Below are positions 54,701 to 64,000 of a DNA stretch of 64,000 bases, one piece after another. The position numbers and the translations under genes were made by a program. Below the pieces are notes generated by a model. It did not search any database, was not told the DNA's origin, and was given only the letters and a program-made list of their open reading frames with translations. Origin of the DNA: Owenia fusiformis (lineage: Eukaryota). The DNA is taken from assembly GCA_903813345.2 (NCBI GenBank), contig CAIIXF020000001.1:39184001-39248000 (forward strand). Reading direction: 5' to 3'. The first letter of the stretch is position 1. Each line of letters opens with the position of its first letter.

Positions 54701-57700
54701 TTCACCCATTGAGACCACTGGACACCATGAGCTGACTGAGACAAGCCCTCCCTATTCACCCATTGATACCACTGGACATCATGAGTTCACTGAGACAAGC
54801 ACTCCCTATTCACCCATTGAGACCACTGGACATCATGAGCTCACTGAGACAAGCACTCCATATTCACCCATTGAGACCACTGGACACCATGAGCTGACTG
54901 AGACAAGCCCTCCATATTCACCCATTGATACCACTGGACACCATGAGCTGACTGAGACAGACCCTCCATATTCACCCATTGATACCACTGGACATCATGA
55001 GCTGACTGAGACAGACCCTCCATATTCACCCATTGATACCACTGGACATCAAGAGCTGACTGAGACGAACCCTCCCTATTCACCCATTGATACCACTGGA
55101 CACCATGACCTGACTGAGTCGAGCCCTCCCTATTCACCCATTGATACCACTGGACATAATGAACTGACTGAGATAAGCCCTCCCTATTCACCCATTGATA
55201 CCACTTGACACCATGAGGTGACTGAGACAAGCCCTCCCTATTCACCCATTGATACCACTGGACATGCTGAGCTGACTGAGACAAGCCCACCCTATTCACC
55301 CATTGATACCACTGGACACCATGACCTGACTGAGACGAGCCCTCCCTATTCACCCATTGATACCACTGGACATCATGAGCTGACTGAGACAGACCCTCCC
55401 TATTCACCCATTGATACCACTGGACATCATGAGCTGACTGGGACAAGCCTTCCTTATTCATCCATTGATACCACTGGACATCATGAGCTGACTGAGACGA
55501 GCCCTCCCTATTCACCCATTGATACCACTGGACACCATGAGCCAACTGAGACAAGCCCACCCTATTCACCCATTGATACCACTGGACACCATGACCTGAC
55601 TGAGACGAGCCCTCCCTATTCACCCATTGATACCACTGGACATCATGAGCTGACTGAGACGAGCCCTCCCTATTCACCCATTGATACAACTGGACACCAT
55701 GAGCTGACTGAGACGAGCCCTCCCTATTCACCCATTGATACCACTGGACATAATGAACTGACTGAGATAAGCCCTCCCTATTCACCCATTGATACCACTT
55801 GACACCATGAGCTGACTGAGACAAGCCCTCCCTATTCACCCATTGATACCACTGGACATGCTGAGCTGACTGAGACAAGCCCACCCTATTCACCCATTGA
55901 TACCACTGGACATCATGAGCCAACTGAGACAAGACCTCCATATTCACCCATTGATACCACTGGACATCATGAGCTCACTGAGACAAGCCCTCCCTATTCA
56001 CCCATTGATACCACTGGACACCATGAACTGACTGAGACAAGCCCTCCTTATTCACCCAGTGATACCACTGGAAACCATGAGTTGACTGAGACAAGTCCTC
56101 CATATTCACCCAGTGATACCACTGGAAACCATGAACTCACTGAGACAAACCCTCCCTATTTACCCATTGATACCACTGGACATCATGAGCTGACTGAGAC
56201 AAACCCTCCCTATTCACCCATTAATACCACTGGACATGCTGAGCTGACTGAGACAAGCCCTCTCTATTCACCTATTGATACCACTGGACATCATGAGCTG
56301 ACTGAGAAAAGCCCTCCATATTCACCCATTGATACCACTGGACATCATGAGCTGAATGAGACAAGCCCTCCCTATTCACCCATTGATACCACTGGACACC
56401 ATGAGCTGACTGAGACAAGCCCTCCCTATTCACCCATTGATACCACTGGACACCATGAGCTGACTGAAACAAGCCCTCCCTATTCACCCATTGATACCAC
56501 TGGACATCATGAGCTGACTGAGACAAGCCCTCCCTATTCACCCATTGATACCACTGGACATCATATGACTGAGACAAGCCCTCCCTATTCACCCATTGAT
56601 ACCACTGGACATCATGAGCTGACTGGGACAAGCCCTCCTTATTCACACATTGATACCACTGGACATCATAAGCTGACTGAGACAAGCCCTCCCTATTCAC
56701 CCATTGATACCACTGGACATCATATGACTGAGACAAGCCCTCCCTATTCACCCATTGATACCACTGGACATCATGAGCTGACTGGGACAAGCCCTCCTTA
56801 TTCACACATTGATACCACTGGACATCATGAGCTCAATGAGACAAGCCCTCCCTATTCACCTATTGATACCACTGGACAACGTGAGCTGACTGAGGCAAGC
56901 CCTTCCTATTCTCCCTTTGATACCACTGGACACCATGAGCCAATTGAGACAAGACCTCCCTATTCACCCATTGATACCACTGGACATCATGAGCTGATTG
57001 AGACGAGCCCTCCCTATTCACCCATTGATACCACTGGACACCATGAGCTGACTGAGACGAGTCCTCCCTATTCACCCATTGATACCACTGGACATCATGA
57101 GCTGACTGAGACAGACCCTCCCTATTCACCCATTGATACCACTGGACATCATGAGCTGACTGAGACGAGCCCTCCCTATTCACCCATTGATACCACTGGA
57201 CATCATGAGCTGACTGAGACGAGCCCTCCCTATTCACCCATTGATACCACTGGACATCATTAGCTGACTGAGACACACCCTCCCTATTCACCCATTGATA
57301 CCACTAGACACCATGAGCCAACTGAGACAAGACTTCCATATTCACCCCCTGATACACCTCCTTACAATGATGCATTGCCTGGTTATAGAAACAACTAGCA
57401 AGAAGCACCTGGTGAATTGTTAGAATCACCTCCTGCTTATAACAGTTTACAAATGGACAGCATCCTTCAACATGATACAGCTGCAGCCAATGGTTCATAC
57501 GTGAAAATAGCTGAAGTTGCACACACCTTGGTCAATACTGAATATCTACACACTGATGCCACACCTGTTAGTCACACTGAGATGGTTGGTGACATGTCAT
57601 CTGAATGTGAAATAAACAAATGTGTTCCAGATAGAATGAAACTGCTTCAATCAATGATCATTACCAACTCAAAATGACACTTAGTTAAAGAGATTGAGTT

Positions 57701-60700
57701 GTCCAGATTTCCCAATATAATTGCTCATAAAACATCATATACGAGGGGTGATTCAAAAGTAATGGACAAAATTTTATAGGCATACTAAATTTCACCCAAT
57801 CAGTCTAATTTTTTCACAGTTAATAGATCAATCAATTTTCTACTTTGTGTCGAATTCTCATTTAAATGCATTTGAAATTGTTTCAGCTATGCGTAACCAT
57901 GGTAACAAGGGTAAGCATGGGTGGAATTGGTTTTTTAATGATAATTGAATGTTTTTGTCATTTTTGCTTGATTTCGTTTTAATGACTCAATTACCACACA
58001 TGATATGTCTAACAAGCATGGTAATGCAATTGTCAAGCAAGACTCACATGCCCATGTGTTTGCTGTTGAGTTCTAAATTCAGCAACCAATTGTGCTATGA
58101 CATCACAATATTTCTAAGAATGATGAGTCACAGTGAGTCAGAAAGTAGATCAGACTCTTAGACTCACACACATCCAAGAAATGTCTACTTTACAACAAAT
58201 CAAAGTTAAGCAAAGGATTGAGCTAGTTCAGGATACTCTTGCAGCATTCATGGACATGCCTCAACTTCCACATGCTCCATATAGCCCTGATACTGCTCCT
58301 TGTGATTTCTATCTTTTTCCCACCCTTAAGATGGCATTAAAGGGACAATCCTTTCAGACATTAGCTGAGCTGCAAATGGCTGTACAAAAACAGCTGAACA
58401 CCATGGCTGCTGATGGATTTGGGCATGTGTTCTCTGCATGGGTGCGCCGACAGAAGACAGTAATTGAACTTGGAGGAGAATACATTGAGGATTGAATATA
58501 ATTCAAATGGATGATCATCAGGAATAATAAGGAATGATACGGATTATTATTGAACTTACTGCGATATGCTTTTCATATACATCTTGCATTGCAAAATATA
58601 TTGCACCAGCAAACTTTTCATTGAAAATCCATTTGTTATTATGATGAAAATAGCCTTAAAAATGGATTCCGGGTGTATGCACCATGATCCAAGAGAAGTG
58701 CTCTATCTCAAAATGTATTTGCATTTAGTTAATAACATTTTAACATCTAATAGATAATTGATTAATCTTTATTTGTACAAAGTTTCATTCAAATCTGGTA
58801 AAGGTAAGCGTGCCTATAAAATTTTGTCCATTACTTTTGAATCACCCCTCGTATACCTTAGATATATCTTGAGACCAAATCATAAGCACGATATCAATAA
58901 TATATTGAGGATATCAACAGGACAACCAAAAGAACAACCAACTGTCAGAATTGAACGCAATAAGTCGAAAACAGAATACAATGTTTTTTGGGGATTTATC
59001 TATATTGTAACCCCTTTAGAAGTAATAATATGGCTTCTCAAAGCCAAAATAATCTGAAGGAAAAAGCCAATCAGACTGGAACAAATTTGAGCAGGCTTTT
59101 TAAACTTTAATTTTAATTTCTATTGATGTAAGTGGAAATTCATGGCTAGGAACAATCATCAAATTGATACTGTTAACGAATTAATTCAAGCCTCAGAATT
59201 GATAAGTTGATAAACAAACTTGTTTTACATCAAATAACACAAAAAATCAGGGGGTTACTCTAATTGTGTTTTTAGGAGACCCGATCTCTTTAAACAATCA
59301 TGGGAGTGCAATATTCTTGACACCAACTCATTCTTCTTTTCCATTGTCATTAACAATATAATAAAATTACAGATTAAATTGTTACCAAATTGTTGATTTA
59401 CTGAAGTGGGTAAGTACTTGAAATACAAGTATATAGATACCGGTAAAAGGCTCTCGAGTTGTACATCTTGGATATCCAAGGTGTGAAGTTTTGAAAATCA
59501 AACTGGTATGCGAGTATGGGAGTTGTATCTAATAGCTGAATAAATTAATGTGCACCATTGAGGAGAGAGGGTGTCTTATTCAGGGATATTGTGCAAAGTC
59601 TCTGGTGTAATAACTAATAGCAGAATGAATTCACTCAGAATTGAGTAGGAAGTCTCTTATTCAAGGATATTGTGTTGAGTCTCTGGTGTTTTGGCTAATA
59701 GCAGAATGAATTCACTCATAGTATTGAGTAGGGAGTCTCTTATTCAAGGAAATTGTGTTGAGTCTCTGGTGTTGTGGCTAATAGCAGAATGAATTCACTC
59801 ATAGTATTGAGTAGGGAGTCTCTTATTTAAGGAAATTGTGTTGAGTCTCTGGTGTTGTAGCTAATAGCAGAATGAATTCACTCATAGAATTGAGTAGGGA
59901 GTATCTTATTCAGGGATATTGTGTTGAGTCTGGTGTGTATAGCTGATAGCAGAATGAATTCACTCAGAATTGAGTAGGAAGTATCTTATTCAGGGATATT
60001 GTGTCAAGTCTTTGTTTTTAAAATTTAAAATGGACAGTCTCAAGGACAGCGATATCATTATACCTGATATAATACACCACCTATAATTGGCCCTGACATC
60101 ATCCCCAATCCGGAAAATGTCTCAAGTATACCCTAAAATATTCACGTCACAAGGTCAAAGGAGTGGTATCGATATGGTGAACTTTTTGAACACGAATTTC
60201 TGTTAAACCAGTCATCAAAACATTCTGAAAATTTTACACATCGTCAATTTAATGGTCCTCTTTTGGATGGTAACATTATATATATCCTTTTTTCTATATT
60301 GTTTTGGAGAACACATCAGACACTTCTTTTGTTCTTGGTATCATATGTTCGGAATGAAATGAAACATCTATCCGAACCGCATTGGAACAAAACGACATAA
60401 ACACAATGTGTTTAGTTTAGATCTCTCAATTTTGTAATTGTATAAAGGGAAGTTTGGTTGATTTTAAAAAAGTATTTTGTTAATGAAATAAAAGGTTTAT
60501 CTTAATTCTTATCTATTTTTAGGGTTTTTGTTAAGTTTTTGCATACTTTTTGTAAAATCAACCAAAATTTCCTTTGTATAACTGTAATATTGAGAGATCA
60601 AAGAAAATGTTGTATATGTTATTTTGTTCCAACAAGGTTTGCAAAGACATTTTATTTCATTCTCAAGAATTGGTAGAAAGGAACAAGAAACAATTGCACT

Positions 60701-62440
60701 AAAAAACAAAAAATGTTAACAAAAACATTTATATAAAATATATATAAATAATTTTTGCATTAAATTGTTGCCAATCAGTCAGCATTACATAAAGAATGTT
60801 TTCAATAATTAGTTTAGGAGAAAAACATTGTTGAATTCAGTTCGCCATAGCGACCTATTACAGTACATCCTTTGTGTCAAATCCCTTTCCTCCAGTTTTC
60901 AGACAATAGTAAAACAATAAGCATAAAGATTAATAGAATCCTGTCATATTACATTTTAAGTGAATCACAAAAATACGTAAAATCAGGGCAAATTGAACAG
61001 ATACAAGTATAGCATTGTACTTACAAACATGGTGGAGACCCTGTCGGGGAATGTGTATGCCATGATAGCAAATGATGCAGTAGCGTATGCACTGGTCCCA
61101 AGAGCTTCTAAAGTACGAACTGTTAAACACAATACAACATAAATCCAGCCATTAGGAGACTCATCAAGAAATCTGCAACAAAAAAGAAAATTACGAATGT
61201 TATAACTTTCATTTGGTGTAGATTTATGATTTTGGATCAAAAGGATTGGTATCAAAATGGCAACCTGAATTGAACACATTTATATATAATATATAACAAA
61301 GTTCATGAGTCTACTGCACGTTATACCTGCTTTGTACGATTTTGATATTTTTACATATTGTAGATTTAAATGTTGTCTTTCGAGGAAATCAAATTTTCCT
61401 TTGTATAACTATAATATTGAGAGGTCTTAAGAAAATGTTGTTTTAGAAGATGCTATTTTGTTCGCATTAAATTGTTGTCAATCATTGACCATTACATAAA
61501 TGACCATGTTTTTTACAGAATGTTTTCAAAAATTGGTTTAAAAGAAAAACAATGTTGAATTCATTCAGTTCACCATATCGATACCAATCCTTTATGGCAA
61601 TTCAATGATAAAGTGGTGTTTTTAGCACAACTTGGAGAATGTCCAAAAGGAGTAAAAGTAAGAATAATGTGCTCATAGATACACCAGCGCAAAATGTTTT
61701 AACATTTCGTTAGTGACAAAAAACAAAACAACATGCAATCAGGAATATCGGTAAGATCCTGAGAAAATCCTGGAACAGAATAAGTGCTCATATTTAGAGA
61801 TTTCCCCAAAAAATGTGTAACTCCCATGTCTTGCCAATTCTAATTCACCTTCTATATATTTTGACAGTAGAATATCTAAAGTGAAAACTGATGAAAAATT
61901 CAAGATTTGGAAATTGCTATGCGGTTTTAGGACATTTCACATAACACTACTGGTTTAGAACATATTGTATATATACCTACCCAAATATCACATTGCACCC
62001 TCCAGCTACAAACAGTCCTGCGACAAACATGAACTTGGCTCCTACCCTAGTTAACTGCATAAACCAAAGCACAAATGAGCTTTACATTTCATTATATGAA
62101 GATCTAATTGAGCAATATACATGGAGCTAGAAATGGAGATTGAGATAACCCTTTACAATACATCATTCTCTTGAAAGCCCATGATTTTATGTATCAGAAA
62201 CACCAATTCACATAAATAAAACACTTCTTTAGAAATAAATTGACTGCAAAAGATAAGTGTAAATTGAAATTCCAAAATCCTGCATGAGATTATCACATTT
62301 AATCTTTATTTTCTTTTGTGTTTAATTTTTTAATTTAAACTTACAATTGCTCCAAAGAATGGTGATGTTAAAAACATAACAACTGCAAATATTCCAAAGA
62401 TGAGGCCTGTCATTGTTTCTGATGCTCCTTTCTTATTAGC
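39783..62440 (-). CDS. SLC18B1: MFS-type transporter SLC18B1-like (vesicular polyamine transporter family), 5' end outside the window. Exons: 62345-62440, 61981-62054, 61025-61172, [60064-60132 or 48644-48712], 46703-46793, 45459-45592, 43021-43119, 42254-42345, 41512-41610, 40818-40892, 39783-39966
   Basis: Spliced translation [21 protein letters not shown]..|[19 protein letters not shown]..|[90 protein letters not shown] matches recalled SLC18B1 motifs; all junctions GT-AG and in phase. Confidence 0.9.
43127..44927 (+). mobile_element. HINE-like element with ~11 x ~135-bp satellite core, a (cgccggacgccaac)n tract and a terminal hairpin
   Basis: aacaag start, subterminal atgtcaccac motif, tandem core 43190-44720, hairpin atgtcaccacttttggtggtgacat, A-rich end. 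Confidence 0.85.
48644..48712 (-). CDS. SLC18B1: SLC18B1-like duplicated exon, copy B ([23 protein letters not shown])
   Basis: 69 nt, phase 0/0, catttaAG acceptor (weaker AAG type) and CAG|GTACAT donor; 16/23 aa identical to copy A. Confidence 0.75.
48821..49340. mobile_element. Partial copy of the AAAGGA-ended MITE family
   Basis: aaaggattggtatcgatatggtgaact start; body similar to 60158-60873. Confidence 0.7.
49718..49870 (+). promoter_or_regulatory. Candidate TATA box and first exon of the nested EGF-TM gene
   Basis: TATAAAAG at 49718, TCA about 27 nt downstream, strong donor CAG|GTATGT at 49870, ~300 nt before the EGF1 exon. Confidence 0.4.
50180..55208 (+). CDS. Nested intronic gene: two EGF-like domains, one TM helix and a cytoplasmic PY/YSP repeat tail (~454 aa to the first stop). 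Exons 50164/50180-50297, 53207-53317, 53466 (or 53442)-53604, 54212-55208; 5' end uncertain
   Basis: EGF1 [38 protein letters not shown]2 [33 protein letters not shown] on a phase 1-1 exon; [24 protein letters not shown] followed by RYIRK; donors GTAAGT/GTGAGT/GTAAGA with consistent phases. Confidence 0.8.
50691..53051. mobile_element. AAAGGAGCACGTAGG-ended MITE interrupted by a HINE-like element
   Basis: ttcaaaggagcacgtagg ... cctacgtgctcctttgaa inverted termini. Confidence 0.65.
50801..52488 (+). mobile_element. HINE-like element with ~130-bp core tandem repeats (51030-52180) and a (GGAC)n microsatellite
   Basis: Repeated aaaatggcggccatttt..gtgtgccatgcttatagtattcacataccaaatatgaacaaaatcgctccactac; ggacggacggac at 52433-52455. 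Confidence 0.8.
54580..57350 (+). repeat. Coding minisatellite, 54-bp unit x 52
   Basis: Unit agccctccctattcacccattgataccactggacatcatgagctgactgagaca; first Tyr codon at 54591, last at 57339 (51 x 54 nt minus two 3-nt deletions). Confidence 0.97.
55209..57677 (+). pseudogene. In-frame but stop-interrupted continuation of the nested gene's last exon (40 more repeat units plus a unique C-terminus with LPGY and PPAY)
   Basis: Same frame as 54212-55208; stops at 55206, 55800, 57261 and 57396; final TGA at 57675-57677. Confidence 0.6.
57742..58851 (+). mobile_element. Internally deleted mariner element with a C-terminal transposase ORF (58133-58495)
   Basis: TA|CGAGGGGTGATTCAAAAGTAATGGACAAAATTTTATAGGCA perfect [27 protein letters not shown]...I..GGEYIE. 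Confidence 0.9.
59570..60005. repeat. ~82-bp tandem repeat, about 5 copies
   Basis: atagcagaatgaattcactca..attgagtagg.agt.tcttattca.gga.attgtg repeated. Confidence 0.9.
60064..60132 (-). CDS. SLC18B1: SLC18B1-like duplicated exon, copy A ([23 protein letters not shown])
   Basis: 69 nt, phase 0/0, tattttAG acceptor and CAG|GTATA donor. Confidence 0.85.
60158..60873. mobile_element. AAAGGA-ended palindromic MITE, near full length
   Basis: aaaggagtggtatcgatatggtgaact start; internal inverted arms; homologous to the 34029 and 48821 copies. Confidence 0.75.
61240..61593. mobile_element. Short AAAGGA-ended MITE copy
   Basis: aaaggattggtatc ... gataccaatccttt TIRs. Confidence 0.7.
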
Positions 62441-62844
62441 CTGCAAAGAGCAAAATAAAAAATTATGGTGTTCTTGACCCCCATAAACAGCCCCTGGAAT
62501 ATATGTTAAATATATTTATGGATAAATGTCTAAATTTCAAATAATACAATTCGGAGTGAAACTGGGAATGGGACTGACAAATAACTGATAGCTTTATAGT
62601 ACTACGGCCAAGGCCATTTGTGTCCAAAACCCCTAGATTCAATTTGACTTTAGATTCTTGTAGGGGACCTCAAGGCATGTAAAAAATTTTGTGAACCCTT
62701 GCAAAGCAGGCTCAAAAGTGTTGAGTCAGCAAATTTTATCATTTTCGAGTCGGAGTTTGACCATATGCTTGAAGCTATTAATATCTCATTTGAGGATGTT
62801 GCAATTATAATGAAACATTGTTAATATATAAATAGCCCAATTTA

Positions 62845-63542
62845 CACTACGCGCAGCATCCCAAGACGTTTTGGCTAAAACGTTTTAGGAAAATTATGTT
62901 GAGTTTAAATTACCATTTTCAAGACGTCTTAGGAAATAAGATCGAGTTTACACCTGTTTTCCTAAAACGTCTTAGAGATACATGTATGTAGGTATACATG
63001 TAAAATGAAAAAAGCAGTTCAGTACTGGTTTAAGGACCGTTCAGTTCAGTCAATATAGATATTCCTTTCCCGCTTCTATACTTTGTACCCGACTTTGTAC
63101 TAAAGAATGCATCAGTTTCAGAAAAATATGTCATAAAGACAGCATTGTTAAAAGCATGGAAGAGAGCATGAAGATTTTATGCATAAATTAGGATTATGAT
63201 AAATCGCCAGGCAAATAAGTTCTTTTCAATAATTTTGGGATGATATTGGGAACAAGGGATAAGACAAAACAGAGGACTATGCGACATATGTAAATGGAAA
63301 GATTCAAATGTTTCGTTCGGTGCAACGCAAAAAAACCGGGCTAAGAGCTCTTAGCTAGAACCGATGGATTTACACTAGCTTGTAAAACGTTTTAACGCTA
63401 AGACGTCTTAGCTATGACTAGGGTCCTAAAACGTTTTAGCTAAGCGCTCTTAGCCGAGAGCTCTTAGCTCTGGATTTACATTACATTTGTAGAACGTTTT
63501 AACGCTAAAACGTTTTAGCTAAGACGTCTTAGCGCGCTAGTG
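62845..63542. mobile_element. CACTA (En/Spm)-like non-autonomous element with subterminal 14-bp palindromes
   Basis: TA|CACTA..TAGTG|TA; repeated ctaaaacgttttag, ctaagacgtcttag and ctaagagctcttag. Confidence 0.7.
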
Positions 63543-64000
63543 TAAATCCAACAAATAAGGCATGTATGAAGAATTCCTGAAAGTTTGGGTCTTATCCAAC
63601 AAAATTTGGTAGAGATATGGGATAATTTGTCACTAAAGTACATAATTTCTCTATAAAATTTCTTAATCAGTCATTTAAAAACAGTAAGGGCCTATGGTAT
63701 AACAACAAATTGTAACAACAAATGATTAAGAGCCAGAGTTACTAAGAGCCTGGTTGCAGTTTGCACACTTTGTATTGTACATATATATATACACTTTGTA
63801 TTGTATATATGTCATAAATTGTTTAGTTGTAGTCTGTAGAACATAACAGGATGTGTATGTAATGTCAAAATAATAGATCTTGTTCATAGGCGTAGCTACT
63901 AGCTAGGGATGGGATCGCACTCCCCCCCAAAACCAATAAAAAATATAACCATGAGATAGAAGAAAAGGGTTCATAAACTTATTTTTACATGCCTTGGGGT

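Noticed and set aside
55206..55802. Selenocysteine recoding of the TGA codons
   Set aside because: The TGAs replace Gly codons of the repeat, two other stops are TAG, and I could not identify a SECIS element
54841..57291. Long minus-strand ORFs ([17 protein letters not shown] repeats)
   Set aside because: Antisense shadows of the 54-bp repeat, with no splice or domain support
54580..58330. Resemblance of the repeat PPYSPID to the adjacent mariner motif APYSPD, suggesting transposase origin
   Set aside because: The Ser codons differ (TCA vs AGC), there is no flanking similarity, and the first unit derives from the gene's own LPPPYSP motif; probably coincidence
59570..60005. Possible CRISPR-like repeat-spacer array
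   Set aside because: The whole unit is repeated; there are no unique spacers and no cas genes

Overview
AT-rich, intron-containing animal genomic DNA, most likely an invertebrate (inferred from the repeat families); there are no prokaryotic features, rRNA or CRISPR. Three protein-coding loci were reconstructed by hand from GT-AG sites with consistent phases. (1) An 11-coding-exon, ~1724-aa, ~21-finger C2H2 zinc-finger gene on the minus strand (6829-19624). (2) The 3' part of an SLC18B1-like MFS transporter on the minus strand (39783 to beyond 62440). It carries two homologous 69-nt exons (60064-60132 and 48644-48712) that look mutually exclusive. (3) Nested antisense between those two exons, a plus-strand gene for a 2xEGF single-pass membrane protein whose cytoplasmic tail is an array of 52 x 18-aa '[18 protein letters not shown]' units. 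The frame is kept over ~3.4 kb but broken by four in-frame stops. The rest is dense in transposon derivatives: a ~4.9-kb Academ-derived inverted repeat with nested insertions, three mariner derivatives, CAC-ended elements with 5-bp TSDs, a CACTA-ended element, Helentron-type (HINE-like) elements with satellite cores, tRNA-derived SINEs, a CR1/L2 LINE 3' fragment and several minisatellites. All family assignments come from recalled motifs, not database searches.
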